Origin: Trichoplax adhaerens | Lineage: Eukaryota; Animalia; Placozoa | Direction: 5' to 3' | DNA: 64,000 nucleotides | NCBI RefSeq assembly: GCF_000150275.1 | Contig: NW_002060966.1 | Location: 688,880-752,879 of the forward strand | In this document: positions 40,074-53,829 of the stretch, piece after piece | Layout: each line of letters opens with the position of its first letter | How positions within the stretch are numbered: the first letter of the stretch is position 1 | Position numbers and translations under genes: made by a program | Notes under the pieces: generated by a model | What the model saw: the letters and a program-made list of their open reading frames with translations, nothing else | Told to the model about the DNA's origin: nothing | The model's database searches: none

Positions 40074-43000
40074 ATTTTATTTATAGCCTTAGATTCTTTC
40101 GAAACGCTATATTCTGATGGTAAGTGAAAGGTCATCCATACTTTATGCAAACCTGTGGCTGACATTTTGTATATTTAAAATATATTATTGACTTCTGTGA
40201 TGTTTTGTCTACCCAATAATATAGGGTTCATTAATCTATTATCAATAAAGTGATATCCAGATGTACTATGAAATGATTAAGCCCAATAGTGCTGTCGACA
40301 TTATTCGCCTGTAGTGAAGCTGTAAGACAAGCTATTGTTATCAACATGATATGTAGAAGTGAATTAGACATAACTGAAAAATAATACCAAAATCTAGGGT
40401 AGTTAACAATAATAGGTATATATAAGTAATATTTGGAATAATTCAAGTATGGTGATTTGAGCTTCGTAGAATATGATGCTAATCATACAATTTTATTCTT
40501 ATACTTGGTTCTGTATGTTTTGAATTATGTTTTTCGCAATTATCATGTTGTAAACAAGTTAGATAACATATTAACAGTTACGCTTTCTGTCATTGTTGCT
40601 CTTAGTCCTTCTTTTCTAAGATCTGCTGTTGCAGGAAGTGTTCCTGGTCAGTCAGAGCTTGTTGCACTATTATCTATGTAGTATCTCAATCGATAGAGAA
40701 CCAATAATAAAATCTGCTATTCTAAAATTACTTGTGTAAACTACACTTTAATTACAATAAGTAGAATAGGTTGTATTACATCGTCATATACAATGTTGAT
40801 TAATGTAAAAATAAATACTGTTAATGAAATAGTAAGATATACGCAATCGATTCAGTTTTTGCCCTGAAACAAGCTAATACTCGTAAATATGAAATTATAA
40901 ACTCTAATAAGCAAAGCATCATTTTTTTATTTGTCTCTGCTATATAGCAATGAATATCAGAAATTTAGATAATATAGAGTATTAAGGGAAATCTACCTCT
41001 ATACTCGATATTTTTCTAATCCGCAGTGATTGCGAGATCTTTAACTGAAATATCTGCTTTGAGTATTCTAATAAAGACTGCCTTTAAAAGCACAATGAAA
41101 TTACAAATTTTCCTATCAATCGACGTCGCAAATCTCGCTAATATACAAGATTAACAAATTTGTAAATCTGCCTCTAATTTAATATCCGTGTGAATACTTC
41201 TCCGAAAGGTTCGCTCGCTGAAATTAAGATTAATCATATAATCACTTTTAACCTTTAATCACTAATTACTTTTAACTTAGCGTTAATGCTATTCTGAAAC
41301 TGTTTATTTGTGAAAAGTAGGATTAGTTCTCCGATTATTATACTAACAGAGAAAGTCTTACTAGATTTTAGCAATGCGAATATCTTGTATTTGAGTACTA
41401 ATGAGCGACTAGACATAAAAAAAAACACTGAATGCACGTGATACTGCTCTCTGTTTTTACGCATAACCGCATCTAAGCACTCCAACTAATTAATAAGTAA
41501 AGTAAACGTCTTGAAGCTCCATTTTGATCATTTATACTATTATTAGTAATCAATGAAGCGTTGGAACAATAACATGACAGTAGAAATGGTCTGATTAAGG
41601 TTGATTGATAAAGAAGCAATCTTCAAAACGGCTTAGTTAGTATAACACATATCCCTAGGACGGTTCAATGGGATTCGAAACTTGTCTTTTCTACATCGAT
41701 TTGTCTAATCTTTCAAGATGGAGATCGTAATCCTCGCTATTTGTCTTTATTTTCATCTGAATGATCCTAGTAGGCTCAGCTTAGCTACTTAGCGAATTCA
41801 ATTACTTCAATCTAGGCTACGAATAGTTAAACAGCTTGTTTGCCTATTAATCCTTTATTTAAAAATAAAAAATAAATTGTCAACGAGAATAGAAGAATGG
41901 TAAAGAACGTGCACAACCCAAACTTGCATGCAAGTATTTTGGCTGCTAGAATGACCGATTTCAATAAAATGGAGTCCAGGGCTACGTTACTTATATTGAT
42001 GACCGCTACAACAGAAAGTATTATATAGTAAATGAATGCTTTTTAGAAACTGTATAGTACTTGTATTCTATCATCTAACATGGACATAGCATTCCGTATT
42101 ACTAGTGCAGTCCGTTTCACTACAATTGATTGCTACAGAAATGTCCATCCCTGGAGAATTGATCGTTTCTTTGTCCTTTTAGTCTAGAAACATCAAAGGG
42201 AATCAATAAAGTAAAGTAATAAAAAATAACAACAAAAAGCACTGCGAATGACTTTTATTAACGTTAATTCCGTGCCACCGCCTCCTATCTGGCCTTTCAC
42301 CACCCTGTTTATACGCATTCTGAGAAGCTAATAAAAAAATTTAGTCTGTGTCTGGATTAATCGCTCTTATTACACTATTAATCTTATCAAAATTTTTGAA
42401 AACTATAGCTTGATACTTTGCCAGTTTACTACTATTACTATTAAACCACTTGATGAAGAACAAAGTGGCGTTGTGAATAGTAGTAAAAACCGAATAAAAC
42501 CCAATCTAGGAGGCTTCAGTACTTACAAAGTAATCCACGGTAAGCTATGTCAAGTTTATTTCATTTTTTATTCTCTCTTCCTTAAGAATTCCAACTCAAG
42601 GACTGCAGAATACCAAAGATTATGTTTAAGCCATTGGAATAGTGGCAATTCTGTCCGACACAGTAGATACCATAGGCTGCAATTACACTTAGTATCTGGC
42701 ATTAAGTGAATAACTACTGTACGTAACTTTGTAAATTATAAAGTAAAAAGTGCAAATACAAATAGCACGCGAAGTAACGTAATACGAGTATCTAACCAGT
42801 GTGGATTCTACCAGTAAAATAAATAATACTTCATAGATAGTAATTGTAAAATCTAAAATAGTAGCAAGCTGACCAAGGCCTTGTATGACTCTTATGAAAA
42901 GTAACTGAGAGTGGAACGTCATAAATTGAAATGAACTTGTGAATATATTCCAAATTTCGATAGGATAAAACTTTTAAAATATTGAATTTAAACTCCATAT

Positions 43001-43104
43001 CAAATCGATCCTATTCAGAGTCACTGATAGACAACTGTTTTATTATTTCACTAATACAAGATTAGAAGGGGCATACTGTACATAGGCAGTAACATAAAAG
43101 CTAG

Positions 43105-43956
43105 ATGGCTAACCAAGATTTTAAAATTGTGGTCGCTTCCGCTGAACAGATGGATTGGATTATAAAGTTGGCAGAAAATGAAGGCTGGAATCCTGGATGT
43201 AAAGATGCTATCGCTTTTCAACTCGCTGATCCGAGCGGTTTCTTTATTGGCTTACTTAACGGAAAACCTATCGGCTGCGTAGCAGCAATTAAGTACGAGA
43301 ATTGTGGATTCGGGGGATATTATATCATATTGAAGGAACACCGTGGTAGAGGCTACGGATTGAAACTCTTTCACCATGCAGTCCACTCCGGCAAGGAATT
43401 AAAATTATTCGGACTTGATGCAGAGCCTGCACAAATCAGTAGTTACGAAAAGTCAGGTTTCATAGTTTATCATCGCACTATGGAATATATTGGGATAGTG
43501 AATAAATCAGAGATTCCTTGCGACAATATTGTTGATGCAAGAACTGTCTCATTCGATAAATTATTACAATATGATAGACGCCATTCTCCTGACGTTCGAA
43601 AGCATTTTCTAGCTGCATGGATCAGTGTAGGAACAGATCGTAGCTTAGTGTATTTAGATGAGAATAATACTATTCAAGGATTTGGTGCAATACGAAAAGC
43701 TATCGATGGCTATAAAATTGGACCTTTATATGCAGACAGTTTCGATATAGCTGAGAGTTTGATTCATACATTGGTAGAATCTTTTGAAAACTGCAAAGTA
43801 TACTGGGCCGTGCCGATGCCCAACGAAAGTGCCATAAAACTTGTCGAAAAATTGCGTTTGGAAAAATTATCGGAGACTGCTAGAATGTATAGCAGGCAGC
43901 CCCTTTCGTACGATTGGAATATGGTTTATGGTCTTACTTGCTTGGAAATCGGATAA
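43105..43956 (+). CDS. Tandem GNAT acyltransferase (YitH/HolE-like), copy 2
   Basis: 283 aa; EGWNPG, HRGRGYG, YKIGPLYAD, LEIG. Confidence 0.94.
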   Translation: MANQDFKIVVASAEQMDWIIKLAENEGWNPGCKDAIAFQLADPSGFFIGLLNGKPIGCVAAIKYENCGFGGYYIILKEHRGRGYGLKLFHHAVHSGKELKLFGLDAEPAQISSYEKSGFIVYHRTMEYIGIVNKSEIPCDNIVDARTVSFDKLLQYDRRHSPDVRKHFLAAWISVGTDRSLVYLDENNTIQGFGAIRKAIDGYKIGPLYADSFDIAESLIHTLVESFENCKVYWAVPMPNESAIKLVEKLRLEKLSETARMYSRQPLSYDWNMVYGLTCLEIG

Positions 43957-46912
43957 AGCTTGTGTGATATTCTGAAAGACTGCATTTCATGAATACAGTT
44001 AATAAAGAATGCGATGGTAATGTGCTCTGAAAACGTAAAATTAATAAGAAACAAAGCGCTCGTTTACCTTTAATAGTTGGTTGTACGTAAAGTAATGACG
44101 AATGATAGTTGATAGGATGATGTAACTTACGAATACCATATTGCTATTCGTACTACGTATAGAAACAATTATATTTGGCAGCCAGATATAGTGTAGTTCT
44201 GTTTTTAAGTAGTATAAGAATAGGATGCTTGATTCGTGAGTAGAATATTGTAAAAGGGTTCGGTAAATGATTGCACTTTTGTAAAAGTTGTATGAAATTG
44301 TTGTGGCAAAGTTTGCCGTCGATTATCCGGTCGATCATAGCTGTTTAGAATTGTTCTTAAGAGGGAAAGAAAAGTAAATTACTTTTGACAGATGGATTCG
44401 TAATAAAAGCGACCTATAGGGTAGCTTCAAAGCGGAATTGGCCGTTTTATGCCCCATGGGTGATTTGCTAATAGGAGAAATAACCTTCTTTGTTCAACTT
44501 CATGCTTTGGAGAAAATTGTATAAGGCTACAGCGTAGAGAAACGACGTGATTTGCTGAGATGTCTTCAAGAGTACACAGATTTGTCTATCATAATTAGAA
44601 GGTTATGATGATAATATACATGAAATTTCCTGTCTATTCTGCCCATTTCTAGCTGGTAATACGATTTACATTAGTGATTCAGTTCCATCTCGTTAGAGAT
44701 TTACAACAATGGCTTACCCTAGTGAGATTTGTTATTACAGATCAAAGTTGGACGACCACTGTTACTATCTATCGCATGTTGCATGCTGAGCCCTTTATGA
44801 TCCATCCCCTTCACCCTTTCCTCCAAAATTACTATTTTCTTCGAGTATGATGAGATATCAACAAGGTAATAAGTATTTGGCCTGTCATTGAATGACTTTA
44901 TTAATCTATATTCCTTACAATGTTTGCCTGTCTTCAAAGCTTGTGTAAGATAATCACGAAATAACTTGACAACAAACGAAAAATTTATCTATTGCATATG
45001 TATTAATAAATAAACCTCCTTTAAGTATGATTAATATATTCATCATATAAATATTAATTTATGAACGTGACTGTTTATCTTATCAAATGCACTTTATATA
45101 GTAATTGCAGTAGTAATAGTAGTCTATAACCTTCAGATAAACACCGATTAAGGATTGAACCTAAATTTACTAAACTTTAATACGATGCATTAATCTCTTG
45201 CTATAGTGATGGACTGGATTATGATAGAATGAGTTCGAAATATTGGATGTTAAATACGCAATGGAAATGAAATTTTTCTATTTCGATAATTCGAATATAT
45301 CCACAAAATATCGTAGAGAAAGTCTTAAATTAATAACAAAATAATAAATAGCAAAATATTCAGTCAGGTGTTATAGGTAGTTATAGCTTTTTGATTATGC
45401 TTCAATTACTTTAGTTCAATCTTTACATGTTTAAGCAATGGAAATTAAATTTCAGTTATTTAGATACTATGAGCACATCTATAAGAAATAGTAGAGAGAG
45501 CCGAATCAAACTGTAATAAGATTGAAATTCAGTCAGAAGTCACTAGGCACTTACAGATTTTTCGTCAATTTATTTGGAGTCTAATACTAAAGGAGAAAAG
45601 AGCAAGGAACTGCTGAAAGCCTTTTTTATAGGCAGCTAACAAAAATATCTTCAACCAGCATACAAGTTAAGATAATGAGTACAGCAGTGCCTTCTACTAA
45701 ACCCCAATGTAGTGTCTATTGCCATCTACTTTTCTAATACAAGGCATAGATAGCACGATTATATTATATTTTTTCATATATTTTTAGCCGCATGAAGTGA
45801 TTATAACCATCGAGATAGATCATATCTCTTTACTAATATAGAATCCCCTAGACTATTAATAGCATTTTTACAAGAATTAATCTCATACTTATTTATTATT
45901 GATTTGTCCGTAGATTATAACCACTTTTCATGTCACAAGGTTGTAGTACAGCCCCAAATACATTGAAGACTATAATTGTTAGATTGTACGAAAATTGATC
46001 AATTGTATGCGAGATTGTAAGATTATAAATTATAATCTAATTGCAGATAGATAGTCTTTAGTAGTTATTAGAACCTAACTTACGTAATAAAGTAAAATTC
46101 TCAAGAATTGTAGAGCTCGCTTTATTTTTGAGAGACCCTTCATCGCAAACGTAGCGTATACTTGTAAATATATTGATATCTATTTCGTCATTGCTGCCGT
46201 AACTGACGATATAGACTTTACCCAATTAAACAATTTAAGTTTGTTTAACTTATTTAAATTTATTTTATCTACCTCAATCATTTTCCAAAACCATGCAATA
46301 TGCATATAGTAGCTAATCGGCAGTATTTACTCAGACTTGACGAGTACATCAAATCATTGACGAGAAACACATATTCCTAAAGTAGTTATGAAGTGACAAA
46401 TTCTTATAAACATCAAACATCTTATCTTGGCCACGAGCGCAATATCAGAGAATGTCAAACATTAAGATAATCTATTCTAATAATTTTATTATAGTAGTAT
46501 AACTACATTCTAAATATAGAGTAAAATCTGGAATATTTAATGTTAACCAATTTTAATTACTGTGCAAAAGGAGCCGTATAATAACTCATTATTTATATTA
46601 TCATACAAGTCAAATTGGGTGATAAACAAGCTATTAATCACCCTCATCTTTGCTAACTCGATAAATAACCTTAGCCTCCAATATCTCTACAATGCTGTAT
46701 ACGCGCATTATCCATACCTTGATAAAATATGATCATGTTAAACATTTCCATCATTAAAGTACAAGCAGCATTTTTCATAAAATAGTTCTACTGACTGTTA
46801 CTGTAGGTATTATTAAAATTAGTTTGTGTACACATACGATTGTTTATCCATCAGGCTATCATCTATCAGGTAGATTGTTAGACAAATCAACTTTCGTAGA
46901 TTAAGAGGATCT

Positions 46913-47752
46913 TTAGTGACATGTAAAGCTATAAATTTTCAATAAATCGACGTTAGGAGCCTCGCCAGTGTATAAAGTTCCAAATTTAAATACTTCGACT
47001 AGCTTTAGCTTTTCTGCTAATGCCTTTCCATGATTATTCGTTTCTGGAAAATCGAGAGTAATCCTACAATCACTTTTGTGTTGACAAAGAGACTTTAACA
47101 AAATTTCTGCAATTTGTGTTGTTTCAGCGTAAAGTGGGCCTACACGATAACCATTAACACTTTTTCTAATTGCTCCGAAGCCTTTCACTGTATCTTTATC
47201 CATATAAGCTAAGCAATCTGTTGTTCCAGTATTGATCCATCCTGCTAAAAAGTGTTTTCTCTCATCTGCATAAAATCGTGCATCGTATTGCAGAATTTTA
47301 TCAAATGGTACACTACTAGCTGCACAAACGAAGGGACAAGATATTGTGCTATTATCCACAGCTCCTGTATATCGAACATTGACATGAGCCATTTTAAAAC
47401 CAGAATTCTGATATTTAGGTGCATGAATTAGTAGTCCATCAACTCGAACATTATATCCATTCAAGTAGTTCATTGCATGTTGAAATATTCTTATGCCATG
47501 ACCTTGACCACGATGCTCTTTGACAACAACATAGTATCCAATAATAGCAATATGATTAAATTTTACTCCAGCTACACAACACACCGGCTTACCATTGATA
47601 AGGCCTATAAAATATCCACTGGGATCAGCTTGTTGAAATGCGATTGCATCATTATCACCAGGATTCCATCCTTCTTTCCTAGCCATAGAAATGATCCATT
47701 CGACATGATCGGACGAAGCTGATACTATCTCGAGATTGGAATTTTCTGCCAT
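46913..47752 (-). CDS. Tandem GNAT acyltransferase (YitH/HolE-like), copy 3
   Basis: 279 aa; EGWNPG, HRGQGHG, YRVGPLYAE; lacks the terminal LExG. Confidence 0.92.
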   Translation of the reverse strand: MAENSNLEIVSASSDHVEWIISMARKEGWNPGDNDAIAFQQADPSGYFIGLINGKPVCCVAGVKFNHIAIIGYYVVVKEHRGQGHGIRIFQHAMNYLNGYNVRVDGLLIHAPKYQNSGFKMAHVNVRYTGAVDNSTISCPFVCAASSVPFDKILQYDARFYADERKHFLAGWINTGTTDCLAYMDKDTVKGFGAIRKSVNGYRVGPLYAETTQIAEILLKSLCQHKSDCRITLDFPETNNHGKALAEKLKLVEVFKFGTLYTGEAPNVDLLKIYSFTCH

Positions 47753-50659
47753 TTAAAAATATCACATCAATCCAGTTATATAAACAGGAGAAATACCGTC
47801 ATAGTCCAGAGCTAGTTTGAACTTAAGGTCGTCTTTGCTCCTTGTCTTATTTTGTTCGAAAATCAGTCTTTAGTAGTATAAATGTTATTCACTGCTTGCC
47901 AGCTATCTTGTAATACTAGCAATTCTAATTTGTATATTATAGGAGTGATTTCAATAGCGAGAGAACAATCCGTCAGTTAAATCTCATTAATTCTGCCGCC
48001 CTTTGTAGTTGTGCTATTGGTCACTTGATCTTAACAACACGATTTAATGGTGCCTGATTGCCGTTATTCCATATCAGACATATGTGTAGTTATTCTATCA
48101 GAGTATGGCTTTAATATTTCGTATAGCGTAGGGTAATAGAAACTCTAAGCTTATAAAAGCTATGATTCTAAATGTAATAACATTCGACTATTATTTCTTC
48201 TGTAGTAGTCATACTGTTTTATTTATTTAATTTAATGCCTGGCTATAGAAAGCCTTTCTGAGTTCATTTGCATATCAAAATATTGAGGTGATAATGATTG
48301 GTTAATCGCCATCAATGGAACCCTTAGCTATAATTTAGTTTTTATTCGTTAACAATAATAATTAATTATTATAGTACCCCCTAGTTTTGATGAAGACAGC
48401 GAATGCGAATTTGTTCATGGATGCAGCTTGAAACAAATAGGCCTCCTGGAAATACTTGATTTACTATTAATAACTATACGTGCAATCTGTAGGAAGCCTA
48501 GCCCTTTGTATACGATAATGAATGCCAATATAACGATCAGGAAAACTGATAGCTGCCATACTGCTACATTAGAGTAGAGTTAAAAGTCGACGTGATATCG
48601 GTGTTCAAACACTAGTACACTGTTGGCTCTAGTTCTATATTTTACTACAGCGCTGAAAACAGTAAATTGAACTCTACAGAAAGCCAAGATATTGACGGAG
48701 ATTTAAGGCAAACTGCCACACGTCGAGTTTACATATGCTAGCAAATTTGTCCAAGCCCAATTTTAGAGGATAAATTTATTTACTGGATGCAATCGTTTCT
48801 AATCTACTGTGTGTAAAGATCTAAGTGTTGCCAACAATTTATCATAATCGATTCCTGTTGACTGATGTTTTATATTTTTCTCTCAATTTTAGAAATAGAA
48901 AAAGGATTAATACGGGCGTATCATCACTGACTCTATCCGGATTCATTAAAATAAAATTTGATCAGTCCAGTACCTATAAAGTAGTCAGAGGTAAGCCAAG
49001 TGTAATTTGCTTACGTTATTATTTGAAAGATAGAAAGTCAAAGCTTAGTAATACTACTTTACTATCCTGACTTCACTGTTGTTAATTTAAATGTTAGATC
49101 TGTAATGGCTAGTCTTACTATTGTTGCTACATTAACATCAGTTAAAAAGAATTAATGCTAATTACGGTTACTGTAGCTAACTAAAGGCTATGACACATTT
49201 TTTTTCTGCAGCCCACAGAGTGGAATAGTACGTAGTATGATTTAAAGTAGTAGTAATCGAATAAAGGACAATACTTTCAAGATGTAATAACTTTTCCGTT
49301 TTTCAAGAATCCTCACAGTTGTTACCAACTTAATTCTCGATTTCTAGTTCAGCAAGTTCTTTATATACTAACGCATAATACTGAACTATTCTAAGAACCT
49401 AATAATGTCCATGCGCTACAACTATAGCAGACCATTAATTACAATATAATTATACATGCTCACAGAATCGTAAGAACAACTATGACGTCTCAGTATTAAA
49501 AATCTATTTTTACTACATCATAAGTTCGGAAACTCTCTCTACGTATGCTAATTAATAACCAGTTTTACCAATTCTTAATACTAGTAACTGGAGAAGCATA
49601 CACTTTTCCACTATTAAGCCTTACAATACTGTATCTATAATGGTTCTGTAAGTGTTGTGTATTTGTCGTGGGGAACAGGTTCGAACTCAAAAAATACACG
49701 TGCTTTTTCTGGACTACAATCTAACTTTATTCCACATCATATACTAGATAGTAGATACCGCTAAAATCCCCTCGTATTCACTCTATCACAGCTATATATA
49801 TGTAACCATACGATACACAGAGATTCCACGCCTGCGCATAATACAATACCCAATCATGTGATAATTGATAAATACTCAATACTCTTTAACCATCAATCGT
49901 TATCATTCGAGCATGTTATTGTTAACCTATCGATACGAACCGAGTCAATCAAAACAAGAATACCTTACACTACTAGTATTAACCAAGTCTGAGAATCAGA
50001 TATACGACAGTAAGTCTTGTTACTAAAAATCGAGACAATATCTAGAGAGTAACCAATTCTTAGGATTAACCGTAGCATGCATACCATTGGTTCTTATCCC
50101 AACACTTTTGCACTCATTCTATGTAGCTCAGTCTCCAACTTTGTCGCAAGCAAGCTTACGACAAGATTTACGTAAAAACAAATTTCGAAATTTTCCAGGA
50201 ATCAGTTCCCTTAACTACTCTCAAGAACTTAGATGCCTTTACTTCTACGCTACAAAACTAGAGAACTGATTTTATTCCTATAGCTGCTAAGCTTATATAC
50301 CTTTCGGCAGTAGCTGACATCGATGAATCACCTTACAACAGCAATTATCGATAAGGACACTTACTTACTGATTTTACATAATAGTTTGCTTGTACCGAAT
50401 TCAATTACTATATAAGAATCCTATTACAATATATCATTTACTATAACACATTGTAACTTCAGTAGTTCCTACTATAAGCAACTAATTGTAATCACTATAT
50501 ACCAAATAAATGTTGAATTCGCTAAATTTAATCATTTAATTCTTCACGGTACTTCGTACTGTGACAAACTTACAGCCATTACTAAATAAATGATCGTATT
50601 TAATTTCTAACATTTCTACAGAATAGAAAGTACAAGCATAAGTAGTATCCTAAATTAAG

Positions 50660-51511
50660 ATGGATAACGAGGACTATAAAATTGTAGTGGCTTCCTCTGA
50701 TCAGGTAAAGTGGGTTATTAAAATGGCCGATAGTGAAAGTTGGAATCCCGGCTGTAAAGATGCAACTACTTTCCACCAAGCTGATCCAACAGGTTTCTTT
50801 ATTGGCTTGCTCAATGATCAACCGATTGCCTGTATATCGGCCGTTAAATATGAGGAATTTGCTTTTATCGGATATTATATCGTTGAAAAGGAATATCGAG
50901 GTAAAGGCTATGGATTAAAGCTATTTCAGCATGCAATGAATACCGTCAAGGATTATAAAAAAATCGGACTTGATGCTGTACTTCAACAGGTAAGCAATTA
51001 CCAAAAGTTTGGCTTTCAAACTGTTCATCGTAATATGCGCTACATTGGACCGATTGGTAAATTAGAGAGCCCTTGTGATAACATTGTGGAAGCTAAAAGT
51101 GTGGCCTTTGACAAAATGGTAGAATATGATAGACACTTTTCCCCTGGCCTTCGAAAGTACTTTTTAGCTTCGCTAATGAATACAGGAACAGATCGTAGCT
51201 TGGTTTATTTGGATAATGATAAAGCTATTCAAGGATATGGTACTATACGAAAAGCTGTTTTGGGCTATAGAATTGGGCCTTTATATGCAGAAAATACTGA
51301 CATTGCCGAGACTTTAATTCGTGCGTTAGTAGAAACATTCCAAGATTGCAAAATTCTTTTGGATGTTCCAATGGAAAACGAAATGGGCATCAAACTTGTT
51401 GAAAAACTACAATTAGAAGCAATATTTGAAACTGTCAGAATGTACACAGACGGAACCTATGCATATGATGTCAACAAAGTTTTTGCTGTTACTTGCTTAG
51501 AACTTGGATAA
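50660..51511 (+). CDS. Tandem GNAT acyltransferase (YitH/HolE-like), copy 4
   Basis: 283 aa; ESWNPG, YRGKGYG, IGLDAVLQQVSNYQKFGF, FETVRMY, LELG. Confidence 0.94.
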   Translation: MDNEDYKIVVASSDQVKWVIKMADSESWNPGCKDATTFHQADPTGFFIGLLNDQPIACISAVKYEEFAFIGYYIVEKEYRGKGYGLKLFQHAMNTVKDYKKIGLDAVLQQVSNYQKFGFQTVHRNMRYIGPIGKLESPCDNIVEAKSVAFDKMVEYDRHFSPGLRKYFLASLMNTGTDRSLVYLDNDKAIQGYGTIRKAVLGYRIGPLYAENTDIAETLIRALVETFQDCKILLDVPMENEMGIKLVEKLQLEAIFETVRMYTDGTYAYDVNKVFAVTCLELG

Positions 51512-53829
51512 AGTTGATTTTAGCTAGGAATGCATGCTAACACTGTACGTTGCTAGTAATTGAGTACTTATAAGTTCGAAAAACTTTTGTAGTATTTAAT
51601 GAAATGTAGAATGGGATTGTAAGGTTATAACAATAGCGATACGAAATAGAGTTAGACATTCTAAGGTACATTTAAGTGGTAAGAAGTACATAGATAAATG
51701 ATGCTTGATATGTTCTACGTTATTCCTCATTATAGACTCAATGTTAATGAATACCATGAATTCTTTTCGGTTGTATCTTAACTATTGTCTTGTTTAATTT
51801 GTGTACCTATTTTTCATCATCAATTAGTAGCTGGTTTATACTAAGTGTGATATTAGATCATGCAAATTCACATTATTTGGATAGTCAAGTCACATTGGTG
51901 AGGCTCTTACATCACTCTGCCGCGATTATTTCTCCGCTTAATATTGCATATTTATAAATCCACTTTAACTTATTGGTTATATCTCTAGAATCTTTCATAA
52001 TCACGTAATATGTGGCGAAATGTGATCATTTATGTTATGATGTAGATTGCATGCTCTATGTAGTCTCAAACGGTGTTTAATGTATTTCTGGCAAGTTTAC
52101 AGATGCAAATAAATGTATTTCTATGATTCTGGATCGTATTTTATTTATCATTGTGTATAACATATGCATTCGTCACAATATGAGAGTATGTTTACTGAAA
52201 GTAGATAAAATTATTTTACCAACGCTTGTTTCCCAACAATTACAGTGTTCCAAATAGGAAACTCATTTAATGAGATCTCCTAAACTAACGAAACTATGTT
52301 GACTATCCGTACCGTATCGTACTTTTTATAAAATACTTCTAGTTTTTCCACCAATTCAGTTAATAAAATACAATTTGGCAACCTATTGCAACTGTTTACG
52401 CGCATATTAGGAAATCGTCGAGATCGACGAATTAAAATTCATTACCGTATATAAGTAGTTTAACTATTAGGATAAAGTTTGCACCAATGTGCAATAAAGA
52501 CGTATACAGTTACTGATCAATACTTTAATTTTACTTGTAGCTATAAAAACATGACGGAAAGTGTGATGTTTCGGAAGATTGTGGATTCGTCATGATCACA
52601 GTAAATTACCAGAGTTAATTTAGTAGAGGAATAGAGTTTATTGGAATTAGTGCAAAGGAAAAAACCGTATGAGATTACAGCGTGTATAACGACGTGACTA
52701 GTCGAATAGCTATAGTAATGTAGCATAGGTAAAGCGTGCAAGCTTACCGTGTAACTAGCAGAACTAACTAACGAGATAGGTGAAAGAAGATAGCTTTTAT
52801 AATGTATGAAGCACAGCAGGAGGAAATCATAAATGACTAATAAGAATATGTTACTTCTATGTTAAGACAGGGCTACGATATAATTCAGCTAGATTCAAAG
52901 CGATTTCCACAGAGTATTTTGTTAATATAAATTATACATATTTAGAGTTATGCTACAATCTAGTGGAAATTGACTTTTACTAAAAATAGACTATACCGTA
53001 TTTAGAAGTAAACACTACAGAAAGTAGAGCACGACGGGCGATAGTTTAAGACAATTACAAGTGAGAACAAACTGCAAGCGATTCCATAAAACACATACTT
53101 GACGATTACTTTTAACTCTAAAATGATGTTATCATGAATAAGCTATTTGCTTGAGAATGCAAGAACTTCATTTATATGTCGTAAAAATTAGATAATAATT
53201 ACTGTTAAAACCATAGATTCTTATTACAGGCTTTTAAATTATAATTCATTATATAATTAATTTGTATATCATACGAACGACCTTTGAATTATTAGTATTG
53301 TATAAGTATATGAGATTCCTTTTTTGATATAATCTTTCTCTTCAGAACTTTAATCTTAATTAAATCTGAACAATTATTTTTGACGTCCATTGGTGTCATA
53401 GTCTATAAGAATCGCGATTTAACATAACGAAGATGTATTTTTTTGTCTACTTCATACCAACTATATCATAAAATTTGTTTCAAATTGCTCATTTGATTTA
53501 GGTTTCGAGGATATATCCTCTATAGTTCGAGATGGTTGCTAAATGAGTTGTAAAGGTAGAAGTCAAACGCATTTTATTTCTCAATTCAAAGTCTTAGAAA
53601 ATTATAATTATCTTAGCTTACTTAGATTCAACACATTTTCGCTCCAAAAAGGAATTTTACGCAGTTATGATAATCATGCATACTATATGGATGGATACTA
53701 CTGATTTTTCTTTCTCTTAACTCGGAGTTGTTAATAGCCATTATTTATCTGCATTTATACCTATAGGGTCAGGTTAGTCGTAGTCACTATTTAATGAAAA
53801 GTATTAATGCAATACAGTACGGTATTTGC

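Noticed and set aside
40190-42330. Possible decayed (LRR-)GPCR on the minus strand (LMNPILLG, hydrophobic stretches)
   Set aside because: Too degraded to support without a profile search
39216-51511. GNAT genes as bacterial contamination or an operon
   Set aside because: Separated by 3-kb AT-rich spacers, mixed orientation, splice-like leaders, and contiguous with intron-containing GART
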